Counted from the first letter of the stretch, positions 30,648 through 40,574 are shown. The stretch: 53,156 nt of DNA from Microgenomates group bacterium Gr01-1014_7 (GCA_007376405.1 VMGD01000007.1:1-53156); one strand, 5' to 3'. Translations and numbers: made by a program. The notes: generated from the letters alone by a model not told the origin.

Positions 30648-32717
30648 CTAATCCGGCATAACTTGCGCCGAAATCTTTTGTAATTGTGCCCGCAAGTTAG
30701 GATATTTGTCAAGCTCCAGGTTATCAATTAGTAAATCCCGGGCTGCTTGTCTGGTCTTTTCAATCAGAGGTAAATCCGAAAGCCTGGCTATTTTAAATTC
30801 AAACCTGCCATGCTGAGCTGTAGAAAATATTGTCCCAGAGCCCCTGATTTTTAGATCCAGTTCTGCTAATTTTAGTCCGTCAAAAGTTGTTTCCAGATAT
30901 TTTAAGCGTTTGCTGTCCTCAACTGAAGAGTGAGTGGTATAAAGCAGGCAAAAAGACTCTTTGCTTCCCCTGCCGATTCGTCCACGCAGCTGGTGGAGTT
31001 GTGCTAAACCATATCTTTCTGCCCCTTCAATTACCATAATAGTAGCATTGGCAATATCCATTCCCACTTCAACCACCGAAGTTGACACTAAAATCTGTAT
31101 TTTATTTGAGCGGAAGTCACCTATGATCTGCTCTTTTTCTTTGGCCTTCATTCTGCCGTGTAAAAGACCCAGATTAAATCTTGGAAATATTTTCTTTAAA
31201 TTCTCGAATTCTTTTTTGGCAGCACGCACCGATACTAAAGTTTCCGATTCTTCAATCAGAGGAGTAATTATGTAAGCTTGCTCCCCTGTCAGGACGTGCT
31301 TGGCAATAAAGCCGTAGCTGTCTTTTCTTTTTTGCTCAGGCACAACATAAGTCTTTATCTTAAGTCTACCCTTTGGCATTTCATCAATTATTGATAAATC
31401 CAAATCTCCATAAACGGTGAGAGCAACAGTTCTGGGGATGGGAGTGGCGGTCATGGTTAAAAAGTGAGGGGCAGGGCCCGCCTGTCGGACGGGTAAACCT
31501 TTTTGGCGAAGTTTTGTGCGCTGCGCTACACCAAAACGGTGTTGCTCGTCTATTATAACAAGTCCCACATTTTTGGCTGCCAGTTTATCCGATAAAAGAG
31601 CATGAGTGCCAATAATAACAGAGGGTTTAGGGTTTAGGGTGTAGGGTTTAGTAAATTTTCTGCTCCCTGTATAAATCCCGACCGTAATTCCAAATGGTTC
31701 TAACAGTCCGGATACTGTCTCAAAATGTTGCCAGGCAAGAATTTCTGTCGGGGCCATGAAAAGTGAACTGTAGCCATTAAGATGGGCCAGATATATAAAT
31801 AACGCCGCAACTACGGTTTTGCCCGATCCCACCTCTCCCTGCAAAAGTCTGTTCATTGGGTATTTTCTTTTAATATCGCTTGTGATCTCAGTGATTACCT
31901 TAATTTGAGCAGAGGTAAGCTTAAATGGTAAGCTGCTGATAAATCTATCAAGGTCTTTTTTTTCTACTTTCCATGCTTTGGTAATTGGTTTTTCCTGCCA
32001 GCTCAAACGGGTTTTTTGAGTGGCCAAAGAAACATAAAAAAGTTCATCAAAGCCCAGTCTTTCCCGGGCTTTGTCTATCTCATCAGTATCTTTGGGAAAG
32101 TGAATTTTTGCAAGAGCATCTTTTAGGATAAGCATATTATCCCGGATTTTATCCGGCAAGGGGTCTTGAAGTTTATTCAATATAACAGGCAAATATTTAT
32201 CTATTTTTGTCCGCAGCCATTTGGAAGCAACCCCCGAGGTCTCGGAATAAACAGGAACCAGTCTGCCGGTATGAAGGTGTGAAGCTAATCCACCCTCCGG
32301 GTGGTCTAGGTTGGCACCTACTCTTTCCCATTGGGGAACCATGATTGACAGTTTGTTTTTATATTTTGCCAATTTCCCGGAAATTTGCAGTTTATCCCCT
32401 GCTTTGATGCTTTTAATAAGATATGACTGATTAAACCAGGTCAGCATTATCGGCGAGGTGCCGTCATTAAAAATGGCCTGGGTTAAAACTCTACCATAGC
32501 GGGTATAAATATTTTTAATAGACCAGATTTCACCCTGCAGGGTGACAACCTCCCCTATTTGAGTTTCATCTGCCGGTTTGATAACAGAATAATCATCATA
32601 TCTGAAAGGAAAATGGAAAATTAAATCCTCAAGAGTAAACAGCTCCAGCTTCTCCAGCCTTTTGCCCATAAAAAAACCTATGCCGGGCAAACTGGAAAGC
32701 GGTGTCTCTAGATCCAT
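30648..32717 (-). CDS. recG: ATP-dependent DNA helicase RecG
   Basis: MNRLLQGEVGSGKT, DEQHRFGV, MTATPIPRT, QLHQLRGRIGRG. Confidence 0.96.
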   Translation of the reverse strand: MDLETPLSSLPGIGFFMGKRLEKLELFTLEDLIFHFPFRYDDYSVIKPADETQIGEVVTLQGEIWSIKNIYTRYGRVLTQAIFNDGTSPIMLTWFNQSYLIKSIKAGDKLQISGKLAKYKNKLSIMVPQWERVGANLDHPEGGLASHLHTGRLVPVYSETSGVASKWLRTKIDKYLPVILNKLQDPLPDKIRDNMLILKDALAKIHFPKDTDEIDKARERLGFDELFYVSLATQKTRLSWQEKPITKAWKVEKKDLDRFISSLPFKLTSAQIKVITEITSDIKRKYPMNRLLQGEVGSGKTVVAALFIYLAHLNGYSSLFMAPTEILAWQHFETVSGLLEPFGITVGIYTGSRKFTKPYTLNPKPSVIIGTHALLSDKLAAKNVGLVIIDEQHRFGVAQRTKLRQKGLPVRQAGPAPHFLTMTATPIPRTVALTVYGDLDLSIIDEMPKGRLKIKTYVVPEQKRKDSYGFIAKHVLTGEQAYIITPLIEESETLVSVRAAKKEFENLKKIFPRFNLGLLHGRMKAKEKEQIIGDFRSNKIQILVSTSVVEVGMDIANATIMVIEGAERYGLAQLHQLRGRIGRGSKESFCLLYTTHSSVEDSKRLKYLETTFDGLKLAELDLKIRGSGTIFSTAQHGRFEFKIARLSDLPLIEKTRQAARDLLIDNLELDKYPNLRAQLQKISAQVMPD

Positions 32718-32729
32718 TAAGGAATTATA

Positions 32730-34178
32730 CTATGATTTGGTAGCTAGGGTTTCTTTAACTACTTTTCTGGGTTCTATCCAGTAACCGCTTACTAAATCAT
32801 CCGCATGCGGATTGCCGTTGTAAGGCAGCGCTACTCCCGACCATTTCTGACCTGTAGCATCCTCTACATCAATCGGGTATATTCCGGCCTTAAAGTCTCT
32901 ATCCGATACAGGATTTGTCTTAGCGTCCTCCGAAACGTAACGGATACCTACCCCGCCCATGTCAGCATTCATCATGGCTATTTTTTTATCCACTCTTAGT
33001 TCATTGAACCCTAGTCCCCTGCCTACGAGTCTGTCTTTCCTGCCGTTGAAAATATCAAAATCAAAGGCTGTATTTAAATCAAAATCTAAAACTAAACCGT
33101 CTTTCTCTTTTCCTGTTTGCCTATTTAGAAAATCTCTGAAATTTATTAAAAAGGCCGGCGCTAAAACAGGATTGACCAGATTTCCTTTTGCATTATTAAT
33201 CAAACTATCAAGAATATGATGCTTCCGGTGATGCGGTAACCGACCCTTTTCCCATCCTGCAGTTTCCCCTTTCATATACTGTACAACGCTTACTGAATTT
33301 AAAGAACGCCTTCCTGTTTTAAATTGCTGTGCCGGGTACTCCACACCGTCGATAAAAATCTTGTGGGCATAATGGTCATATGGTATATCCATATCCAGTT
33401 TTCCTCCTAATACTTCATCTACAAAATTTTTGATTGTAGCATCAGAAAAAACCATCTGAAAATCCATGGATAGTCCTGTGGCCTGTTCAAAAGTTTCCCT
33501 CATTAAATCAAATCCGCCAATTTCAAAAGAATTATTTATTGAAAGAATATAGGGATTTTCACCTGTAATTTGTTTGTAATATCGTTCTACGTTGGGGGCT
33601 CTGGTTTCACTGGTTATGGAGATTAAATCCACAGTTCTCTTTTTTAGAGCAATGGATAATATCTGATTGGCAGTGAATCTGCCAGGATCAAGACCGGGAC
33701 GGAGCATTATCCCGGAACCATATAGCAAAATATTAATTCTGCCTTCATTTAACTGCCTGTCAACCCTATGGTAATAGTTCGGATCGGATTCAGCCCTTTG
33801 TTTTCTTCTTCTGGCAGCTTCCTCTATAAGAGGTTTTATGAATTCATTAAAAATTGTTGGCAGTTCTCTTAGGCTCTCCGGTAAAATTGACCTTACATCA
33901 GTACCGGGAGTTGCTTTTCCGGAAATAAAACCCAGAGCTGTACTTCCTGCCAGGCCTAATAGAAACTTCCTTCTGGAAATTCCCCTCCCGGGAGGTTTTT
34001 GGACAGCAGGTAAAGTATCTGGTTTTTCTGGGGGAGGTTGACTAAGTTTAATCCTTACATCTGCAATAATTTCGTCAATATCAGGCCTTGCTGATAAATC
34101 CCTCATTATTTTATCTCTCAAGCTTTCCTGTGGATTTTCTACATGAGCTTGATTAGGTTGAGGTTCAGTGTCTGACAT
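32730..34178 (-). CDS. Divergent LCP (LytR-CpsA-Psr)-like protein with twin-Arg-like anchor
   Basis: RINILLYG...VDLISI...INNSF..GG..MRET..ATGL..FVD.LGG follows the LCP pattern; SRRKFLLG precedes a hydrophobic segment. Confidence 0.6.
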   Translation of the reverse strand: MSDTEPQPNQAHVENPQESLRDKIMRDLSARPDIDEIIADVRIKLSQPPPEKPDTLPAVQKPPGRGISRRKFLLGLAGSTALGFISGKATPGTDVRSILPESLRELPTIFNEFIKPLIEEAARRRKQRAESDPNYYHRVDRQLNEGRINILLYGSGIMLRPGLDPGRFTANQILSIALKKRTVDLISITSETRAPNVERYYKQITGENPYILSINNSFEIGGFDLMRETFEQATGLSMDFQMVFSDATIKNFVDEVLGGKLDMDIPYDHYAHKIFIDGVEYPAQQFKTGRRSLNSVSVVQYMKGETAGWEKGRLPHHRKHHILDSLINNAKGNLVNPVLAPAFLINFRDFLNRQTGKEKDGLVLDFDLNTAFDFDIFNGRKDRLVGRGLGFNELRVDKKIAMMNADMGGVGIRYVSEDAKTNPVSDRDFKAGIYPIDVEDATGQKWSGVALPYNGNPHADDLVSGYWIEPRKVVKETLATKS

Positions 34179-34198
34179 TTACTTTAAGTATAACAGGA

Positions 34199-35287
34199 TT
34201 AAGGAGTGCGCCTTGCTCTATACTCACTTATAACTTGTGCTGTTGCTTGTTTTTCTGACATGCCTTTCATCTTAACTAGAGCCTCAATCTCTCCTGCTAA
34301 ATGAGCTTTAATTGCATCGTCCGTAAATTCTTGGGGGTTAACTTCAGATTGAGTAGCTGGTGGTTTCGGTCTACGTCTAAAAGGAATGGATATTCTGAGT
34401 CCTCTTTTGGATGGCGGTTCTATTGGTGTTGTAAGTTCTCCCGAGGCTCTCATTGCTTGAACAGTTTCTTCAAAGGCGCGGCGGCTTTCCCCAGCTCTAT
34501 CTAGTGGGTCTGCAACATCTACATTCCCACTTTCCAAGTGGGAAGCTGGTTCTTCTGGTACAGGGGATTGGGGTCTTTCACGGATTGCTTCATCCAGAAT
34601 CCGCTGGCCCTCTATTGTATCTTCTCTTACTTGTTCTCTGGCAGCTGCAGCTTTTTGGTCAATAACTTCCTCTGCGGAAGTCGGAGATTCTGCAGCTGTA
34701 GGTTCAGCAGGAGGTGGTTGCGGAGGAGCTTCTGTAGGTTCCTCAGTGGACTGGATACCTGCAATCCTGGCAAGTTCCGCTGGTGAAAGAGAGGGAATTG
34801 TAGGAACAGGCACAATAGCATGAGGGTCAGGTAAAACTGTAGTTTGATATACATTCCCACCCGCTTCGCCAGCCTTTGGTGTGATTTCACTAGGCGAGCT
34901 TTCCAAGTGGGAAGCTGGTTCTTCACCAGGGTGTGCAGATTCGACTGGAATCTTGGTTGCTAAAAAGTCTAAACGAGCAGCTACTACCGGAGATTCATCA
35001 AGTCCTAAAATTCTGGCTCTTGAGAGATCCTCTTCCAGCAAATTAAGATCATATTTTGTAATAATTCCTACCTCGTGCCTTGATATGGCATCAAATAAGC
35101 CTATAACAACCTCTTCCCTTCTTCCAATCTGCCTGATTTGAGCTAAATTTGGGTCATTCGGGCCGATCTGGTCCAAAAGACTTAAAAATGTTGTTACATT
35201 TCTTGGCTTTGCCAAATCCAGAGATTGCATTTTATTTAACACTGCTTCTGAGTCAGGATTTTGTACCATATATGATAATTTTACCAT
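34199..35287 (-). CDS. Hypothetical P/E/A-rich protein (start may be ATG 35269)
   Basis: Long ORF filling the gap; EEPASHLES duplicated; no recognisable family. Confidence 0.7.
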   Translation of the reverse strand: MVKLSYMVQNPDSEAVLNKMQSLDLAKPRNVTTFLSLLDQIGPNDPNLAQIRQIGRREEVVIGLFDAISRHEVGIITKYDLNLLEEDLSRARILGLDESPVVAARLDFLATKIPVESAHPGEEPASHLESSPSEITPKAGEAGGNVYQTTVLPDPHAIVPVPTIPSLSPAELARIAGIQSTEEPTEAPPQPPPAEPTAAESPTSAEEVIDQKAAAAREQVREDTIEGQRILDEAIRERPQSPVPEEPASHLESGNVDVADPLDRAGESRRAFEETVQAMRASGELTTPIEPPSKRGLRISIPFRRRPKPPATQSEVNPQEFTDDAIKAHLAGEIEALVKMKGMSEKQATAQVISEYRARRTP

Positions 35288-35306
35288 TTTGTGAGATAAT
35301 TTACAT

Positions 35307-38300
35307 ATGGGCGTTGAAAGTAGCAGTTCAGGTGAGCTAAATGTGCCTCCAACACATGAGGAGGCCCTTAATGCTGCGCTGGATTTGGTAAGAAAACCTG
35401 CAGGCGCTGCTGGGCCGGTTCACCAACCCGGAATTACTACTGCAAGTGTTGCACCGGAAATAAGAGGAGAAACTGTAGGCGGGTCCTCGGAGCCTCAATC
35501 GTTCAATGATGACTGGCCGTCACCTGATGAGGATGGGCCTCCAACGCCGGCATCACCTGCCGGAGCTGATGTAACATCGGAACCTGCAGTAGCTAACAGG
35601 CCGGTAAACATTTTATCCGGAGAAGAAGAAAGGAGAGTTAGACAAGAGAACATTGATTTTTATAGAAATGAAGTAGACAAACGTATTAGCGCTTTTCAGC
35701 AGGGTAATCTTCATATGGAAAGCCTGACTAGTTTTCTTCCCTGGGATTTAGTTCTTTCCAGATATGAGGCAGGAAGCCAGGAATTGGAGGATGCCTTTGC
35801 CAGAGTAAGAAATGTGCTTACACCTGAAGAATTTGAAAGAATTCAGGGACTGTTTTATGAAAATATTGCTTCTTTGATAAACGTGATAGAGTTTACGTCT
35901 TCTGGTCTCCCAGGGGGATGGGGGCTTTTGCCGGGTGATGCCGGATGGCTGGACCAGTACAGAAGGGATATTATTGCGCATCCTGAACGGGGAATTAAAA
36001 TCACCAATGATGATGAAGAGTGGAATAAATGGGTAGCAAATCCTGTCCAGACCCTGGCTACTGCTCCAAGATCCGGAATTACTACTGCTAGCGTTCCACC
36101 TGCACGAGAATTACCAGTCTTACCAACGGAGTTGGCTGATTTTGAAGCCTTAAGGGCCTCGGGTGATTTAATTCCATTAGACCCTCGAGCAGACCCGGTA
36201 AACTTTGGACCAGAATCAGCTGAACCTGCAGGTTCTGGATTGCCCGGAGATGAAGCAGGAACAGCAGATACTGCTGCAGCCAGTACCCCGGCCCGGCCTT
36301 TAACAGATGAAAATGAACAGCGAAATACTGAAATAACACAAGGAAGAGAATTGGTGCAGGAATGGATAGATGTATTTAAAAAACCGAGTAATGGGGCAGG
36401 GGGAAAGTTTTCAATTTTCCATCTCGAACATAATCAACTGGAAAGATTCCAGAGATTATTAGTATCAGCAAGATTTTCACCTGCTGAAGCTGTTGAAATT
36501 AGCAACCAAACCCAAGCCATTCTCATTCCTATAGAGTCTAGATATGTACAAGCGTCGTACAGATCTGATCTGGCATCTCTTATTAACGCTATAGAGCTAC
36601 CAGAAATTTATGGCAGGACATATAGAGCTGATGGTGGATGGTTGAATGAATGGAGGCAATACTTTATTGATAACCCGCAATTAGGGGTAGAAATTACTGT
36701 TAATGATGAGGATTGGAATAACTGGTTGGCAGATTTGGAAAAATCAGAAGTTATACCTGAAGGATATACAGGGCCAAGGACTCCGTGGAATACTCCGGTT
36801 GCGGAAAGAAGAATCAGTACGTCGGAGCTGGCAGAAATGTCAGGAAGCAGTGGAATGACAATAGAAGACAGGTCGGGAGAACTTGCCAGATCACTGCTTG
36901 AGCAAATAGATTTATACAGAGTTTTTGTACTGCAGGATCCAAAATTGCATGATGAATTCTACAGAATCCTTAATAACGGAACTCATCCGCAAAATTCTCA
37001 CCTTTTGGGATGGATGGAAGAAAGATACAGGAATTATTTAGATGATGGTCAATTTACCGGTGACAGAAGGGAATTTTTAGAAAATCAGGCTGAGTGGTGG
37101 TTATATGAAGAAATGCCTAATCTTATTTATAGATCAGGTGTTGGGCTTAATACTATCCTGATAAAAGGTAATTTAAGAGGTCTGCTTACACATGAGGAAT
37201 TCGTAAGAGTAGTAGTCCGGGTAAGGGATTTATATGAAATAAATTCTCCGGGCCAGGGTGCAGAGTGGTCTGAATTTTTCCGTGAAGTTCAGGGAAATCC
37301 TAACTGGATGCAGGCTGACCGAGAGGGAGACAGTGGCGTGGAACTAAGGGATACAATTCAAAAACTTTTGGATTTTGCTCATGAAGAGAGAATTGAAGGA
37401 AGATTGGAGATTAATGATTTATTAAACTTTGCAGAGTATGAACGTGGAATTTCCCCGGGGTTCAGGGACAGAAATGTAAAGGCTTTCGTAAATGAGTTGT
37501 TAGAAGAAAGAATTCCTGGAATAATTGTAGATCTGCAGCTGGGACCGGGTAATGATTTAATAGCTTCGCTACAAGAGATCCTGGAAGATAAGTTATATGC
37601 AAAAGTTGTTCACGGAGTCGCCCAAAGGCACCACAACTATATAAAGCAGCAAACAGTAGCAGGGCAAATACTAGCAGATGAAGACACACAAAAATTAGCT
37701 GAAATCTGGTCTAAGCTGGATCAGGAACTTCAAGAGAAACAATCTCAGAGAGGGTTTAGAGGTAAGGCTGGAAGAGCTTTTGCCGGGTTAAGAAGAGGTC
37801 AAAGGCCAGTTGCCCCGGAGCCGGCTGCAGTCGTAGCAGTTGAGCCTGTATCCCCTCAAGTCCAGGAACAAAGGCAAAGATTAAATACAATTTTATCACG
37901 AATGGAAGAAGCTAGAAGAAGTGGATGGGATGTGTGGACTTTAGAAGATATTGCACAAGTTCTAAGCAGAGAAGCTCAGGAGGTACGTGGGCGTCCCACT
38001 GATAGGTTTCAATTTTCCGGAAATGCAGAGGCCCTTGAGCAAGAAATAGTAGATACTTTTGTTGGTTCAGGATTTGGGTCGCAAGATAGAGGTTTAGAGA
38101 GTGTGGTTAGACGGCTGGAAGGTATTTTAGGTAGTGAAGCGAGTAAAACTATTATTGATCATTATAGAGCCAACCTGGATGCCGTTCAGAGTTATGCGGA
38201 TCTTCGGTCAGCTAGGGAAATAGAGCAAAGGTATAAACAACTTGAAGAGGATCTAAGATACAGATCAATTGATGAAACACAGCTACCACAAAGATTAGTG

Positions 38301-38423
38301 GCATTTGAAATGGTACCTAATGATAGAGTTCATGAGTTATTAAAAGAGTACTTGTCACTCAACCAATATCAAAGAGTTATGGAGCAGTTTTACCAATTGA
38401 TGGATGAAGAAGGAGGAAAGTAA
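35307..38423 (+). CDS. Hypothetical 1038-aa acidic protein with an internal domain duplication
   Basis: Long ORF with a repeated GITTASV motif and a repeated Trp-rich module. Confidence 0.8.
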   Translation: MGVESSSSGELNVPPTHEEALNAALDLVRKPAGAAGPVHQPGITTASVAPEIRGETVGGSSEPQSFNDDWPSPDEDGPPTPASPAGADVTSEPAVANRPVNILSGEEERRVRQENIDFYRNEVDKRISAFQQGNLHMESLTSFLPWDLVLSRYEAGSQELEDAFARVRNVLTPEEFERIQGLFYENIASLINVIEFTSSGLPGGWGLLPGDAGWLDQYRRDIIAHPERGIKITNDDEEWNKWVANPVQTLATAPRSGITTASVPPARELPVLPTELADFEALRASGDLIPLDPRADPVNFGPESAEPAGSGLPGDEAGTADTAAASTPARPLTDENEQRNTEITQGRELVQEWIDVFKKPSNGAGGKFSIFHLEHNQLERFQRLLVSARFSPAEAVEISNQTQAILIPIESRYVQASYRSDLASLINAIELPEIYGRTYRADGGWLNEWRQYFIDNPQLGVEITVNDEDWNNWLADLEKSEVIPEGYTGPRTPWNTPVAERRISTSELAEMSGSSGMTIEDRSGELARSLLEQIDLYRVFVLQDPKLHDEFYRILNNGTHPQNSHLLGWMEERYRNYLDDGQFTGDRREFLENQAEWWLYEEMPNLIYRSGVGLNTILIKGNLRGLLTHEEFVRVVVRVRDLYEINSPGQGAEWSEFFREVQGNPNWMQADREGDSGVELRDTIQKLLDFAHEERIEGRLEINDLLNFAEYERGISPGFRDRNVKAFVNELLEERIPGIIVDLQLGPGNDLIASLQEILEDKLYAKVVHGVAQRHHNYIKQQTVAGQILADEDTQKLAEIWSKLDQELQEKQSQRGFRGKAGRAFAGLRRGQRPVAPEPAAVVAVEPVSPQVQEQRQRLNTILSRMEEARRSGWDVWTLEDIAQVLSREAQEVRGRPTDRFQFSGNAEALEQEIVDTFVGSGFGSQDRGLESVVRRLEGILGSEASKTIIDHYRANLDAVQSYADLRSAREIEQRYKQLEEDLRYRSIDETQLPQRLVAFEMVPNDRVHELLKEYLSLNQYQRVMEQFYQLMDEEGGK

Positions 38424-38427
38424 AACT

Positions 38428-40245
38428 ATGGCTGAGAATATTGGAGGTGTTGATTTTAGAGCAAGATGGACTCAGGATGCAAGAGCAGCAGCTATAGCTG
38501 ATCCAGCCCGCAGGGTTGCCATTTCTCTTCCCTCCCCTGCTTCGGCAGGTTCTGAAAGGTCAATGCGGGAGACGTTGTCTAGGCTGCCGGGGGAAGTTAC
38601 AAGCTTTAAAATTTTAGGTAAATCTGTTGGAGATTTGGGGAAAGAAGCTGCAATTTCCGGCACTGCAGGAGCATTACTGCGGATGGGCTTGGGTGCAACA
38701 GCAGGGGTTGCGGGGTTTACTGCCGTACCCGTTTGGGGAATAGCGGCTGCAGGAGGAGGTATTATGGGAGGGGTAAGAGAGCATTTCAAACGGACTAATG
38801 AAACCTGGGCCAGAATGAGGCAGGAACAAGGCAGAGAAGTACTAGGAGTAGTGAATAAAAAGCTGGGGAAAGGAGATACCCTAAAAGGCTTTTTTAATCC
38901 TGATCAGAAAAGAAGTATTACATTTGCAATAATGAGAGGGTCGGCTTTTGGAGGAGCCGGTAATGTAGCTGGTGGATGGGTTGCAGAAACAGCAGTGGGA
39001 CAAGCTGTTAAAGGAGTTTTTTCAGGAGTAGGAGAAGCTAAAGATGAATTTTTAGGAGGGGTAGGAGGGCTAAAGGATGCAATAGGCGCAGCGCGCAGTG
39101 CGGATACATCTGGTGGTGCAGCTGCAGCTACGCCAACTGAAACTCCAACTCCTACTGCGACATCGACTGCTACCCCAACCCCCACTGCTACTGAGGTTCC
39201 CAAAACTGCAACTGCACTACCTCCTTCCCCTACCGTTCAACCTACTCCAGCAGAAACTCAAACTTCTGTTCCTCATTCAATTCCTGAAGCACTCGGAAGA
39301 GGAATACCGTTTATAGGTAAGCCGTTAGATGCGGTAGCGGGAGGTTTTCATAATGTTGGTTTGAAAGCGCATGAAATAACAGGCTGGGGTTTAGATGCGG
39401 GAAAAACTTTTGTTGATCATAGTCAATACTTTAAAGGAAGAATGGAAATTACAGATAGTTCTCCTGACTGGGTTAAAAATATAAATAGTTTAGACGGAGA
39501 ATATGGGAGGGCTATCCAAGGAACTGTTGTTGAGAATCTACCGGAGCAGCGGGTGAAAGCACAAGAGATTGCTCACATAATTATGGATGAACGAGGTCAG
39601 CCATATTATACCTACCAGACAAACGCTATATCTAACCATATTCAACATATAATGGAGGATCAAGCCAATAAAGCCTTTGATTCTAACTTGCAAAGTTTGG
39701 TTGATCGTGGCGTGAACCTTAATGAGTTAACCCAGAAACAATTTGAGGAAATGATTAAAGAAGAAGGAAGAAAAAAGTTTGAGGAGTGGTTGAGAGATAA
39801 AGCTACAGATGATATTACTGAAGGTGTAAAAGCTATCCTTAATACGGAAGACCAAATTAAGCAGGTTTTAAGTCAGGGTCAGGGTTTGGTAGCTGAAGTT
39901 AGACCTGTTCCCGCTGGCACCAACGTTTTTGATGTAGTTGCCCCCCCTAATGCAGATACGGATATTGAATTTTTGAAAAAGATCATCCCTAATATGACAG
40001 CTAATATTGCTGCCAATGAGGGAGTACTTACGGGATGGTATTGGGAAGGTAATCCAGAGAGAGTTTACCCCGCATATTTGGGTGAACTTAACTATCTGAT
40101 GAAAAAAGCCGAAGAAGGAAATCTCGAAGCGTTATTAAGGTTAAAAGATGCTTTCAAGAGCGTACGCCCGAGTGATTCACAATTTAAAATGTTAACTCCT
40201 GAAGGAATAAAAAGGGTCTTAGAGATATTAAGGCAGTTAGGATAA
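38428..40245 (+). CDS. Hypothetical protein with Gly-zipper-like hydrophobic segments and a Pro/Thr linker
   Basis: Gly/Ala-rich helices and ATPTETPTPTAT linker. AGGAGG upstream of ATG 38428 (track start 38404). Confidence 0.75.
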   Translation: MAENIGGVDFRARWTQDARAAAIADPARRVAISLPSPASAGSERSMRETLSRLPGEVTSFKILGKSVGDLGKEAAISGTAGALLRMGLGATAGVAGFTAVPVWGIAAAGGGIMGGVREHFKRTNETWARMRQEQGREVLGVVNKKLGKGDTLKGFFNPDQKRSITFAIMRGSAFGGAGNVAGGWVAETAVGQAVKGVFSGVGEAKDEFLGGVGGLKDAIGAARSADTSGGAAAATPTETPTPTATSTATPTPTATEVPKTATALPPSPTVQPTPAETQTSVPHSIPEALGRGIPFIGKPLDAVAGGFHNVGLKAHEITGWGLDAGKTFVDHSQYFKGRMEITDSSPDWVKNINSLDGEYGRAIQGTVVENLPEQRVKAQEIAHIIMDERGQPYYTYQTNAISNHIQHIMEDQANKAFDSNLQSLVDRGVNLNELTQKQFEEMIKEEGRKKFEEWLRDKATDDITEGVKAILNTEDQIKQVLSQGQGLVAEVRPVPAGTNVFDVVAPPNADTDIEFLKKIIPNMTANIAANEGVLTGWYWEGNPERVYPAYLGELNYLMKKAEEGNLEALLRLKDAFKSVRPSDSQFKMLTPEGIKRVLEILRQLG

Positions 40246-40250
40246 ATAAT

Positions 40251-40574
40251 ATGGATAATGTATTTAATGATTTTTTAGAAAATTTGGTTAATGAATGTTT
40301 GCAGGGGGCAAAGTTTGCTTATCTTTCGGAAAAGGATAAAAAGGAAATTGCACGCAAGCTGCGGGACCATTTTTATTCGGTAACTATTGATACTTTAGTT
40401 GATCAGTTATCAGATGAACAGATAAACCAAATAAAAGGCTTGGATCCAAAAGCTCCGGAAATGGAACAAAAAATGGCTGAATTTGCTGCCTCTATCCCCG
40501 GTTTTGCTTTTGTTTTGGAAGATAAATTAAAAATTGAAATGGACAAAATTCTCCAAACCGGACAAATTTCTTAA
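40251..40574 (+). CDS. Small acidic helical protein, DUF5663-like
   Basis: 107-aa ORF 5 nt after the previous stop; family resemblance from memory only. Confidence 0.6.
   Translation: MDNVFNDFLENLVNECLQGAKFAYLSEKDKKEIARKLRDHFYSVTIDTLVDQLSDEQINQIKGLDPKAPEMEQKMAEFAASIPGFAFVLEDKLKIEMDKILQTGQIS

Noticed and set aside
31622-31651. TTTAGGG repeats resembling plant telomere DNA (also 27844-27873)
   Set aside because: Only four degenerate units, in frame in bacterial recG and trmD. They fit the local heptamer-array class, not eukaryotic contamination.
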